Below, one piece after another: positions 18,353 to 27,320 of a stretch of 32,015 bases of DNA (the stretch's first letter is position 1; the number at the start of each line of letters is the position of its first letter). The stretch is taken from the NCBI GenBank assembly GCA_018302745.1, contig JAGVZH010000010.1, positions 1 through 32,015 of the forward strand, read 5' to 3'. Both the position numbers and the translations under genes were made by a program. This DNA comes from Candidatus Woesearchaeota archaeon. GTDB lineage: Archaea; Nanobdellota; Nanobdellia; SCGC-AAA011-G17; JAGVZH01. The notes beneath the pieces were generated by a model. It saw nothing but the letters and a program-made list of their open reading frames with translations. It did no database searches and was not told the DNA's origin.

Positions 18353-19396
18353 ATGATAGATAAAAAACAGCTGGATGAAATTAAGGGCTATTTGGACAAA
18401 GCAGAGAACCCTTTGATTTTCTTTGATGCAGATCCTGATGGACTAAGCTCCTTCTTATTATTAAAAAAATACATGGGAAAAGGCAAAGGAGTTATTTTTG
18501 AAAGGGGGGAAAATCTTGGAGAAAAGTATATAAGAAAAGTTGATGAAAATAAGCCAGACATTGTTTTCGTTCTGGATATTTTTGATGTTTCTCAGGAATT
18601 TATAGATAAAGTTAATGTTCCTATAGTATGGATAGACCACCACCCTCCTATGGAAAGAAAAGGAGTTAAATATTTTAATCCTAAAATAAAAGATAAAGAT
18701 GATAACAGGCCTACAACCTACTGGTGTTATAAAATTACTAAAGGAAGTTTATGGATTGCAACTGTAGGAACAATAGCAGACTGGTACATTCCGGAATTTG
18801 CAAGAGAATTCGCAAAAAAATATCCTGATTTATTTGATAAAAAAATTAAAGATCCTGGAGAAGCTAATTTCAAACAGCCTATTGGAGAATTAATCAAAAT
18901 ATTTCACTTTATTTTAAAAGGAACTGTATCTGATGCTATGAGAAACGCGAATATACTTGGCAATATAGAAAGCCCTTATGAAATCTTAAAGGATGAAACT
19001 TCTAAAGGAAAATTTATCCATAAATATGCCATGCAAAAAACAAGGCTTTTTGACAAAATGCTGGAGGATGCATTAAAAGTAAAATCAGAGGGAAAACTAC
19101 ACCTTTATGTTTATTCAGCTGGAGATGTAAGCTTCACATCCTACCTTTCTAACAATGTGCAGTTTATGAAGAAAGATAAATTAGTCATAATGGCGAGAGA
19201 GCACAATGGTAATATGAAAATGAGCTTAAGAAGCCATGATCCAAAAATAAAAGTCAAGGATATATTAGAAAGAGTTCTTAAGAAAGTTCCCGGACATGGA
19301 GGGGGTCATTTGTATGCATGTGGTGCAGGAGTAAAGAAAGAGGACTTTGATAATTTTATTCAAGAGATAAAAAAAGAGTTAGATAAACTTAAATAA
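18353..19396 (+). CDS. DHH-family phosphoesterase (RecJ/NrnA-like) with DHHA1
   Basis: DADPDG, VLD, IDHH, GTIADW, SLRS, GGGHLYACG; ATG 18353 (the TTG 18224 extension overlaps a real opposite-strand gene). Confidence 0.9.
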   Translation: MIDKKQLDEIKGYLDKAENPLIFFDADPDGLSSFLLLKKYMGKGKGVIFERGENLGEKYIRKVDENKPDIVFVLDIFDVSQEFIDKVNVPIVWIDHHPPMERKGVKYFNPKIKDKDDNRPTTYWCYKITKGSLWIATVGTIADWYIPEFAREFAKKYPDLFDKKIKDPGEANFKQPIGELIKIFHFILKGTVSDAMRNANILGNIESPYEILKDETSKGKFIHKYAMQKTRLFDKMLEDALKVKSEGKLHLYVYSAGDVSFTSYLSNNVQFMKKDKLVIMAREHNGNMKMSLRSHDPKIKVKDILERVLKKVPGHGGGHLYACGAGVKKEDFDNFIQEIKKELDKLK

Positions 19397-19418
19397 TGAT
19401 GCACTTTAATTATTTTTA

Positions 19419-21371
19419 ATGAAAAGACTGTTATCTATATTAATTTTTGTCTTGTTAATCGGAAGCGTGAATGCACAGCAGGAAGCTGTAGAGAATTTTC
19501 TTAATCAAGGAAATGTGGATGTTCTGGTTAAAACTACTTCGACAATTGATGTTTTATCAGATGGAAGCAGTCCTCTGCTGGATGAAATGACTACAAGATT
19601 AATATTTAAACCGTTTGACAGCGAACAGCAGAGCATTTCAGATTTAAATTTAATTCATAATGAAGGGGCATCAACTGCTGAAAAAGATGAAGAGATTGTT
19701 TATGTATGGAAAGACAAAAATACTGGAAGGCTTGAATTCGGATATAATGCCAAAGTAAGAGTGAATAATCAATTTCCAATAATTACAAATAAAATAAAGT
19801 TCCCTATTCAGGATTTAGATTCTAATTTAATCCAATATGTTAAGCCTGGAGAAAAGATAGTTATTACAAATGAAATAAGCAAAAAAGCTTCAGAGATTGC
19901 TTCTGGGGATGATGATCTATTTAGTGTTGTTTACAAACTTGCAAAATGGAATAATGAGAACATAGAATATGACCTAAATTCTTTGACAGAAAAGTCTGTA
20001 CAGGATTCACAATGGGTTTTGGACAATAGACAGGGTGTTTGTGATGAGATGACTAACTTATTTATTTCTATGGCAAGGAGCTTGGGAATACCAGCAAGAT
20101 TCATCTCTGGAATGGTATATACAAACACATTATTTGACTGGGGGCCTCACGGTTGGGCAGAAGTCTACTTTCCAGGCATAGGATGGGTTCCTTATGATCC
20201 TACATTCGGCCAGTATGGATATATTGATCCAGGCCATATTAAAATGAAAAATTCTTTTGATTCCAGCGAACCAGCTATAAAATACACATGGAGATCAAGA
20301 GATATTGATGTTGAGACAGGAGAGCTTGATATAAAAGTTAATTTATTAAGCAAAGGAGGAACTTTTACATCTCCAATAGAGATAGAAGCTCAGCTTTTAA
20401 AAGATGAAGTTAAATTTAACAGCTATGTTCCTTTAAGAGCGACTGTAAAGAACAACAATAATTTTTATGTAGCTTCAACAATCTATGTTTCTAAAGCTCC
20501 TGGATTAAAAGGCGACAGTTCAATATCAGTTTCTTTAAAACCAAAAAGCCAGAAAGATGTTTATTTTATAATAGAAATCCCTGAAGGAGAAAAAGAATTT
20601 GTTTATACCTCTACAATAGAAGTAAAAGACTCTTTTGGCAGGTTAGACCAGGATATTCTGAAATATTCAGCAAACTTTGAGCCTTATACTCTGGAGCAGG
20701 CAGAAAGCAGAGTAGAAAGATTAGAGGAAAATGGGAAAGACACATCATTGCTCTTATTGGAATGTATAAGTGATAAAGATGAATATTATGAATATGAGCA
20801 GGGGGAATTTACATGCAAAGTTGAAAATGATGGAAGCAGAAAAATAAGCAATCTGCAGGTCTGCCTTGAGAAAGACTGCAGGTATTTAGACTTAGGAGTC
20901 AGCCAAGAAAAAGAGTTAAAGTTTTTAAAAGATGGAATAGCAGAAGACATATTCGTAGTGGCCAAAAGCTCCGATTTTGTAAAATATAGTTATCCTGATT
21001 TTAAGTTTTTGAAAATACCTAATATTGAAATAAAAGACATTGAAATTTCCAAGCCATTGAAATATGATGAAATCGGCAATCTAAGCTTCTTTATCCAGCC
21101 AGATACAATAGTATATAATGCTGTGATAAATGTTGGAAATAACATCGGAGAATTAGAAATAAAGGAATTTGACACAGGACAGACCATAATTTTGCCGTTC
21201 TATGCCTTTAATTTAAAAGTTGGAAGCAATGATGTTGATATAAAAATAACTTATGAAGATAAGAATGGCAATAAGTATGAAACTATAGCAACCGTTAATA
21301 TTAATATAGAAGATGTTAATTTATTTAAAAAAATTGCATTGTTATTCAGGAGATTAGTTAATAGGATTTAG
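19419..21371 (+). CDS. Secreted transglutaminase-like domain protein
   Basis: Signal peptide; GVCDE (Cys), GPHGWAEVY (His), YDPT (Asp) triad; C-terminal beta-sandwich domains. Confidence 0.88.
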   Translation: MKRLLSILIFVLLIGSVNAQQEAVENFLNQGNVDVLVKTTSTIDVLSDGSSPLLDEMTTRLIFKPFDSEQQSISDLNLIHNEGASTAEKDEEIVYVWKDKNTGRLEFGYNAKVRVNNQFPIITNKIKFPIQDLDSNLIQYVKPGEKIVITNEISKKASEIASGDDDLFSVVYKLAKWNNENIEYDLNSLTEKSVQDSQWVLDNRQGVCDEMTNLFISMARSLGIPARFISGMVYTNTLFDWGPHGWAEVYFPGIGWVPYDPTFGQYGYIDPGHIKMKNSFDSSEPAIKYTWRSRDIDVETGELDIKVNLLSKGGTFTSPIEIEAQLLKDEVKFNSYVPLRATVKNNNNFYVASTIYVSKAPGLKGDSSISVSLKPKSQKDVYFIIEIPEGEKEFVYTSTIEVKDSFGRLDQDILKYSANFEPYTLEQAESRVERLEENGKDTSLLLLECISDKDEYYEYEQGEFTCKVENDGSRKISNLQVCLEKDCRYLDLGVSQEKELKFLKDGIAEDIFVVAKSSDFVKYSYPDFKFLKIPNIEIKDIEISKPLKYDEIGNLSFFIQPDTIVYNAVINVGNNIGELEIKEFDTGQTIILPFYAFNLKVGSNDVDIKITYEDKNGNKYETIATVNINIEDVNLFKKIALLFRRLVNRI

Positions 21372-22803
21372 CGAAGTATGCTATAACTTTAGCTTTTTTT
21401 CCGCAATGAGCGCAATTTTTCTCCAATCCTTCCTGATTAAAAGGAATGTTTAATGCTTTAGCACCTTCTAATTTAGACTTTATTTCATCTTCACATTCTG
21501 TCACATTGCAGAAATTAGCCTTTACTATTTTTTTATTTTTAACAGCATCTTCAAATTCTTTCCAGTTTTTAACTTCTGCAATATTGTCATTAAGAAGCTT
21601 TTTTGCCTTCATAAACAAAGATTTTTGGATTGTTTCCAATAAAGCTTCAACCTCATCTTTTAAGTGAGATATTTTTATCTCTTTTTTTGTATTTAAGTCT
21701 CTTCTGACTAGTACAACCTGATCTTTTTTTATGTCTTTTGGACCAATTTCTAATCTTATTGGAATTCCTTTTAACTCCCATTCATTAAACTTCCATCCAG
21801 GGGAATAATTTTCCCTGTCATCCAAGTAAATTCTGAATTTTTTTTCTAATCCCTCTTTTATTTCTGAAGCTTTTTTTAATACATTTTCCTTGTCATCTTT
21901 TGTCAATATTGGAACTATCACAACTTGTGTAGGAGCTATTTTTGGAGGTATTATTAATCCCCTGTCATCTCCATGAACCATTATCATAACACCGAGCATT
22001 CTTGTTGTTATTGCCCACGTATTTTGGTAAACATACTGCTCTTTTTCATTTTTATCTAAAAATTTAATGTCAAATGCCTTTGCAAATTTTTGACCGTCAA
22101 AATGAGCGTCAGGTCCTTGGGCAGCTTTTCCGCTTGGCAGATAGAATTCCAAAGTCTGTGTATATTCTGCACCTGCAAACTTTTCTTTTTCAGTTTTTTG
22201 GCCTGCCAATGAAGGTAATGCCAAGTAATCGTTGCAGATTAACTGCCACAATTCCATAATATCTTTCATCTCTTTTTCAGCTTCTTCTTTGGCTGCAAAA
22301 ACAGTATGCCCCTCTACCCATAAAAATTCCCTTGTTCTTAAGAAAGGCACTGCATGCTTAAATTCCCATCTTACTACATTATTCCACTGGCATAATTTTA
22401 AAGGCAAATCTCTCCAGCTTCTTATCCATTTTGAGTAGGAATCATACATTATTGTTTCTGATGTAGGCCTTATTGCCAACTTTTCATTTAGTTTTTTACC
22501 CCCTCCTTCAGTTACCCATGCTACCTCTGGAGAAAATCCTTCTACATGCTCTTTTTCTTTTGTCAATAGACTTTCTGGAATCAATAGGGGAAAGTAAGAA
22601 TTTTTTATCCCCATTAATTTTAATCTTTTATCTGTTTCATCTTTAATTCTTTCCCATATTTCATAAGAATTAGGCTTGAATACAATACATCCTGATACCA
22701 TGGTATAGTCCGCCATGTCAGCTTTTTGAATTACCTGAGTATACCATTCAGATATATCTTCATCCTTTTTTACAGTTAACCCTTGAGATTCTTTTTTTGC
22801 CAT
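21358..22803 (-). CDS. proS: Proline--tRNA ligase (archaeal/eukaryotic type)
   Basis: RPTSET, VVRWE...FLRTREFLW, PGWKFNEWELKGIP, C-terminal Cys motif and AKSY end. Confidence 0.97.
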   Translation of the reverse strand: MAKKESQGLTVKKDEDISEWYTQVIQKADMADYTMVSGCIVFKPNSYEIWERIKDETDKRLKLMGIKNSYFPLLIPESLLTKEKEHVEGFSPEVAWVTEGGGKKLNEKLAIRPTSETIMYDSYSKWIRSWRDLPLKLCQWNNVVRWEFKHAVPFLRTREFLWVEGHTVFAAKEEAEKEMKDIMELWQLICNDYLALPSLAGQKTEKEKFAGAEYTQTLEFYLPSGKAAQGPDAHFDGQKFAKAFDIKFLDKNEKEQYVYQNTWAITTRMLGVMIMVHGDDRGLIIPPKIAPTQVVIVPILTKDDKENVLKKASEIKEGLEKKFRIYLDDRENYSPGWKFNEWELKGIPIRLEIGPKDIKKDQVVLVRRDLNTKKEIKISHLKDEVEALLETIQKSLFMKAKKLLNDNIAEVKNWKEFEDAVKNKKIVKANFCNVTECEDEIKSKLEGAKALNIPFNQEGLEKNCAHCGKKAKVIAYFAKSY

Positions 22804-22814
22804 TTTGAAAAAAA

Positions 22815-22902
22815 CGGGCCTAGCAGGATTTGAACCTGCATCATTCGGTTTCCTCTAAATAACCGAAGCCGAAGACTCTTATCCGGGTTAAGCTATAGGC
22901 CC
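22815..22902 (-). tRNA. tRNA-Arg(TCG) with a 13-nt intron (22850..22862) at 37/38
   Basis: GGGCCTA/TAGGCCC acceptor; TTCGG-CTTCGG|TTATTTAGAGGAA|A-CCGAA; intron GAGG pairs with C32-C35. Confidence 0.92.
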
Positions 22903-22951
22903 TTTATATAAATAATGATTTACAAGCCCTTTTAATATTTTTGTTTAGAAA

Positions 22952-23026
22952 CGGACCTACAGGGATTTGAACCCTGATTTCAACCTCCGCAAGGTCGCGT
23001 TCTAATCCAGGTTATACTATAGGTCC
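22952..23026 (-). tRNA. tRNA-Arg(GCG), no intron
   Basis: GGACCTA/TAGGTCC acceptor; CGACC-TTGCGGA-GGTTG anticodon arm; CAGGG-TTCAAAT-CCCTG T arm. Confidence 0.93.
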
Positions 23027-23101
23027 TTAATATTGAGTAGCAGATTAGAATGGGGTGGAGTATATAAATTTAATTCGATTCATGAAAGAGCATAATAAAG
23101 A

Positions 23102-23153
23102 GAAAAGTTTATATATAACTTTATAGGTTATATAACTTGGGATGTTATATGTT
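23102..23153 (+). promoter_or_regulatory. TA promoter with tandem palindromic operators
   Basis: GAAAAG-TTTATATA overlapped by ATATAAC-N7-GTTATAT occurring twice and sharing the central palindrome GTTATATAAC (23127..23136). Confidence 0.65.
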
Positions 23154-23184
23154 AAAAAGGCAGGTGAATTAAGCACGATTGGAT

Positions 23185-23490
23185 ATGGTGAAAATAATAC
23201 TAAACAGAGATTACTTATTAACAGAAACAGAAAGGCTTGCTATAAAGGTAATCAAGGCGGAGAGGAAAGAATATCCATTTGGATACAAGATAAAATGCCA
23301 GTATATGGTGTTTAAAAGAGGAAACTGGATTCCAGTTGTAAGAGCAGATAATACAAAGCATAAATTTAAGATATCGAAAATGCACATCCATAGAATAGAC
23401 AAAAAAGAGGTTAAAGAAATTAACTTGAGATTAAAAGATATTGAAGATTATGTAATAAAATTGGGCAGAATGCTTAAAAATAAGCTCTAA
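23185..23490 (+). CDS. Putative toxin (DUF6516/TumE-like)
   Basis: YPFGYK...VRADNTKH...MHIH motif pattern; lies directly upstream of an HVO_A0114-like HTH gene. Confidence 0.65.
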   Translation: MVKIILNRDYLLTETERLAIKVIKAERKEYPFGYKIKCQYMVFKRGNWIPVVRADNTKHKFKISKMHIHRIDKKEVKEINLRLKDIEDYVIKLGRMLKNKL

Positions 23491-23511
23491 AAATTAAGGA
23501 GGATGTAAAAA

Positions 23512-23874
23512 ATGTTAAAAGCTGGAAGTGTTAGAATAAGGATTATTACTAACATAAAAAAGGAAAAAAAGGAAAGAACAAAGTTCTGGGATGCTGTAGA
23601 AAAAGGGGAAAAAATCAAATCAAGGCATCCTGAATTAGTCTTAACCCCAAAAACATTCAGCAAAGTTTTCAGCCCTGAAAGAATAAGACTGATATTCACA
23701 ATAAGAAATGAAAAAATACATTCTATATCTGGACTGGCAAAAGAATTGGAAAGACCTTTTGAGTCCGTTGACAGGGATATTAAGTATTTAGAGGGATTAG
23801 GTTTAATTAAATTAAGGAAGAAAGAAAAAGCTAAAATCCCAATAGTTGAAAGAAGATTTAATTTTATCCTTTGA
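23512..23874 (+). CDS. HVO_A0114-like winged-HTH protein (putative antitoxin)
   Basis: VFSPERIRLI...SISGLAKELERPFESVDRDIKYLEGLGLI...KIP; AGGAGG RBS. Confidence 0.85.
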   Translation: MLKAGSVRIRIITNIKKEKKERTKFWDAVEKGEKIKSRHPELVLTPKTFSKVFSPERIRLIFTIRNEKIHSISGLAKELERPFESVDRDIKYLEGLGLIKLRKKEKAKIPIVERRFNFIL

Positions 23875-23941
23875 TTATTTCTTTACTAAATAAAGAATTA
23901 TTGGAACAGGTTTTTTTTGCCATATCTTACTATTTTATAAT

Positions 23942-25045
23942 TCATTTTACTAATGTTTTTAAAGTTTCAATTAGAACATCAACATCACTTTCTTTATTTA
24001 ATTTTCCCAATGAAAACCTTATAGAATTTTTAGCTGCCTTTTCCCCCTTAATTGCCTTAATAACATGAGAAGGCTCTGATTTAGCAGAAGAGCACGCTGA
24101 ACCAATAGAAGCATAAATTTCATTATCATTTAATTTCAATAATAAAGAATCAGCCTCTATATCTTTAAAATAAATGTTTACATTGTTTGCTAATCTTTTT
24201 TCATTATGACCATTTAGTTCAGTATTTGGAATCTCTTTTAGTATTCTTTGGATTATTTTATTTCTTAATTCAGTTAATCTTTTATTTTCTTTGTCCTTTT
24301 CTTTTTGTATTAATTCCAGAGCAGATGCAAAACCAACTATAGCAGGAATATTATGTGTTCCAGACCTTAAATTATTTTCCTGGCCACCGCCTTGCATCAC
24401 TGATTTCATCTTAATGCTATTTTTTTTATAAAGCAAAGCAGCGCCTTTTGGTCCATACAATTTAGTTGAATTAATAGTAAGCAAATCAACACCTAAGTCT
24501 TTAACATCCAGATTTAATAAAGAAGCTTGGCAGGCATCTGTATGAAAAAGAACATTGTGCTTATGTGCAATTTTAGCTATTGCTTTTACATCCTGTATAG
24601 TTCCAATTTCATTGTTTGCATACATAATTGAAATTAAGAAAGTGTCTTTTATTATTGAATTTTCTAACTTACTTAGATTGATTATTCCATCTTTATCAAC
24701 ATCCAAATAAGTTACTTTAAAACCATGGGTTTCTAGGAATTTGCATGTTTCTAATACAGCAGGATGCTCTGTTTTCTGGGTTATGATGTGTTTTTTGTCT
24801 TTATACAGCCCCTTTAAAGCTAAGTTAATAGACTCTGTTCCTGTAGAAGTAAAAATAATTTCTGATGAAGAGCAGTTTAAAACTTTTGCAGTTTTTTCCC
24901 TTGCATTATCTAAGGCTTCTTTAGCTTCTTTTCCAGGATTGTTTAAGCTTGAAGGATTGCCAAATCTTTCTGAGAAATAAGGCAGCATTGTTTTTAGAAC
25001 TTCTTTTCTTACTGGAGTACAGGATGAATGGTCTAAGTATATCAT
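23942..25045 (-). CDS. Class I (IscS/NifS-type) cysteine desulfurase
   Basis: IYLDHS, TEHPAV, MYANNEIG, HTDACQ, KLYGPKG, RSGT, GSACSS. Confidence 0.92.
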   Translation of the reverse strand: MIYLDHSSCTPVRKEVLKTMLPYFSERFGNPSSLNNPGKEAKEALDNAREKTAKVLNCSSSEIIFTSTGTESINLALKGLYKDKKHIITQKTEHPAVLETCKFLETHGFKVTYLDVDKDGIINLSKLENSIIKDTFLISIMYANNEIGTIQDVKAIAKIAHKHNVLFHTDACQASLLNLDVKDLGVDLLTINSTKLYGPKGAALLYKKNSIKMKSVMQGGGQENNLRSGTHNIPAIVGFASALELIQKEKDKENKRLTELRNKIIQRILKEIPNTELNGHNEKRLANNVNIYFKDIEADSLLLKLNDNEIYASIGSACSSAKSEPSHVIKAIKGEKAAKNSIRFSLGKLNKESDVDVLIETLKTLVK

Positions 25046-25767
25046 ATTAATTTATAGCCTTCTTTCTCTAATTGATCTACCAGTTCTTTTCCACCAGTTT
25101 TTTTAATTTCTCCATTAATTAAAACATTTACTTTGTCTGTGTGGACATAATTTAATATTCTCTGGTAATGGGTAATTATTAAAATTCCTGTTCCATTTTC
25201 TCTAGCTTTATTAATACCTTTAGCTATAATTTTCAATGCATCTATATCTGTCCCTGAATCTGCCTCATCTAAAATGGCTATTTTTGGCTTTAGCATTAGT
25301 AGCTGCAAAATTTCCATTTTTTTCTTTTCTCCACCTGAAAAACCCTCATTTAAGTATCTTTTCGCAAAACTTTCATCTATTCCCAAAAAATCCATATTCT
25401 CCTTTAATATTTTTTTAAAATCAATTACTGAAAGTTTGTTTTCTCTTCTTGAATTTACTGCAGATCTAATAAAGCTTGAAATTGTCACGCCTGAAATCTC
25501 TGGAGGATGCTGGAATGACAAAAATAAACCTTCTTTTGCCCTTTTGTCTGTTGTTAAATTTGTAATGTCTTTATCATCTAAAATTATTTTGCCTTTTTTT
25601 AATTCATAATTTTTGTTTCCCATCAAGACATTGCTTAAAGTTGTCTTTCCGGAGCCATTTGGACCCATTAAAGCTACAACTTCTCCCTGATTAACTTCTA
25701 AGTTAATGTTTTTTATAATTTCCTTTCCTTCTACTTCTGCTGTTATATTTTCTACTTTAAGCTTCAT
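25042..25767 (-). CDS. sufC: Fe-S assembly ATPase SufC
   Basis: GPNGSGKT, FQHPPEI, NEGFSGGEKK, ILDE, ITHYQRIL. Confidence 0.95.
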   Translation of the reverse strand: MKLKVENITAEVEGKEIIKNINLEVNQGEVVALMGPNGSGKTTLSNVLMGNKNYELKKGKIILDDKDITNLTTDKRAKEGLFLSFQHPPEISGVTISSFIRSAVNSRRENKLSVIDFKKILKENMDFLGIDESFAKRYLNEGFSGGEKKKMEILQLLMLKPKIAILDEADSGTDIDALKIIAKGINKARENGTGILIITHYQRILNYVHTDKVNVLINGEIKKTGGKELVDQLEKEGYKLI

Positions 25768-26125
25768 TTTTATTCAGCCCTTTCTTAATTGCAACCAATG
25801 AAAGCATTGCGCATTTTACTCTCATTGGAGTTAATTTTATTCCTATCATATCTAAAATATCATTTCTTTCAAGATTCTTAATATCCTCGATGTTCTTGCC
25901 CTTGATAGCCTCTGATAATATCGATGCAGTTGCTATTGAAATTGCACAGCCTTCTGACTCATATCTAATATCTTTTAATTTTCCACCCTCTACTTTTAGA
26001 TAAATATGGACTTTATCTCCGCATAATGGGTTTTGGTCAGAGTATTCAATGTTGTAACTATCCAATTTGCCAAAATTTCTTGGCTCTTTATAGTTATCCA
26101 TTATATTTTCTCTGTAAATTGACAT
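25757..26125 (-). CDS. sufU: U-type (SufU/IscU-family) scaffold or sulfur-transfer protein
   Basis: NPLCGD (C35), GCAIS (C60), RVKC (C105). Confidence 0.85.
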   Translation of the reverse strand: MSIYRENIMDNYKEPRNFGKLDSYNIEYSDQNPLCGDKVHIYLKVEGGKLKDIRYESEGCAISIATASILSEAIKGKNIEDIKNLERNDILDMIGIKLTPMRVKCAMLSLVAIKKGLNKNEA

Positions 26126-26126
26126 T

Positions 26127-27320
26127 TTAATTAAACACCTTCCTGGCTTCTTTTAAAGCTTCAGCAACTTTGTCAATATCCTCTTTTGTATTGTAAATAT
26201 AAAAGCTTATTCTGCATGTTGCAGGAACTTTTAATTTGTCCATCAAAACTTGAGCACAATGGTGTCCTGACCTTATGGCAATTTTTTTGTCATTTAATAC
26301 TGCAGACACATCATGAGGATGTATCAATTTATCATTATTGTAAAGATTAAAGGAAATTATTCCTGCCTGGCTTTTTGGCTTGTAGATTTTAATTCCTTCT
26401 ACTTCTGAAAGTTTTTCTAAAGCATATTCTTTTAATTCATTTTCATATTTTTCAATGTTTTCCATCCCAATTTTATTTAAGTAATCAATAGCTGCTGAAA
26501 ATCCCACTGCTGCAGCAACATTAGGAGTTCCTGCCTCAAATTTCCATGGAATATCATTAAAATCAGTATCATCAATTCTGACATCCCTTATCATATCTCC
26601 TCCGTAAAGGAAAGGGGATAATTTTTCTAAGAGTTTTTCTTTACCAAACAATATTCCTAATCCCATTGGACCAAGCATTTTATGCACTGAAAATGCAAAA
26701 AAATCACAATTTAAGTCTTTAAGATCTATTTTTTTATGAGGCGCAGACTGGCATCCATCTATAACTGTAATAATATTATTCTCATTAGCTAATTTGCATA
26801 TTTCTTTTATGTCATTTACACTCCCTGTTGCATTAGAAACATGGGTTAAAGCCAAAATTTTTGTTTTTTCAGTTATTTTATTTTCAATATTTTCTAAAGT
26901 AAAATCTTCATTTACTTTAATTACCGAAAATTTTAAATTTCTTGACTTGCACAATTGTTGCCATGGAACAAAATTGCTGTGATGTTCCATTTCTGTCACT
27001 AAAACTTCATCCCCTTCCTTTAAGTCAGAAGTTAGTGAATAAGCTGCTAAATTTAATGCTTCTGTAGCATTTTTGGTGTAAATTATTTCCTGAGGATTGC
27101 AGTTTAGGAAAGATGCGCATTTTTCCTTTGATTTTTCGTACAGTTCTGTGGACATCTCACTTAAATCATAGACTCCTCTGTGGATATTAGATTTGTATTT
27201 ATTGTAGAAATCAGCTATAGCATTAATTACTTGTTTTGGTGACTGAGAAGTTGCAGATGAGTCTAAGTAAATCAATCCTTCATTGTTTTCAAATATTGGA
27301 AAGTCTTTTTTAACATTCAT
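26127..27320 (-). CDS. sufS: Class II cysteine desulfurase SufS
   Basis: YLDSSATSQ, EHHSN, HKMLGP, FEAGTP, HPHD, RSGHHCA. Confidence 0.95.
   Translation of the reverse strand: MNVKKDFPIFENNEGLIYLDSSATSQSPKQVINAIADFYNKYKSNIHRGVYDLSEMSTELYEKSKEKCASFLNCNPQEIIYTKNATEALNLAAYSLTSDLKEGDEVLVTEMEHHSNFVPWQQLCKSRNLKFSVIKVNEDFTLENIENKITEKTKILALTHVSNATGSVNDIKEICKLANENNIITVIDGCQSAPHKKIDLKDLNCDFFAFSVHKMLGPMGLGILFGKEKLLEKLSPFLYGGDMIRDVRIDDTDFNDIPWKFEAGTPNVAAAVGFSAAIDYLNKIGMENIEKYENELKEYALEKLSEVEGIKIYKPKSQAGIISFNLYNNDKLIHPHDVSAVLNDKKIAIRSGHHCAQVLMDKLKVPATCRISFYIYNTKEDIDKVAEALKEARKVFN

Noticed and set aside
23110-23153. dif site or mini-CRISPR at the second TA promoter
   Set aside because: ATAA-TTAT spacing is 9 rather than 6, and the units are too short for CRISPR; better explained as operators.
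22815-23940. Integrated element at the tRNA-Arg genes
   Set aside because: The TA pair lies on the 5' side of the tRNAs; I saw no duplicated tRNA 3' end and no integrase.
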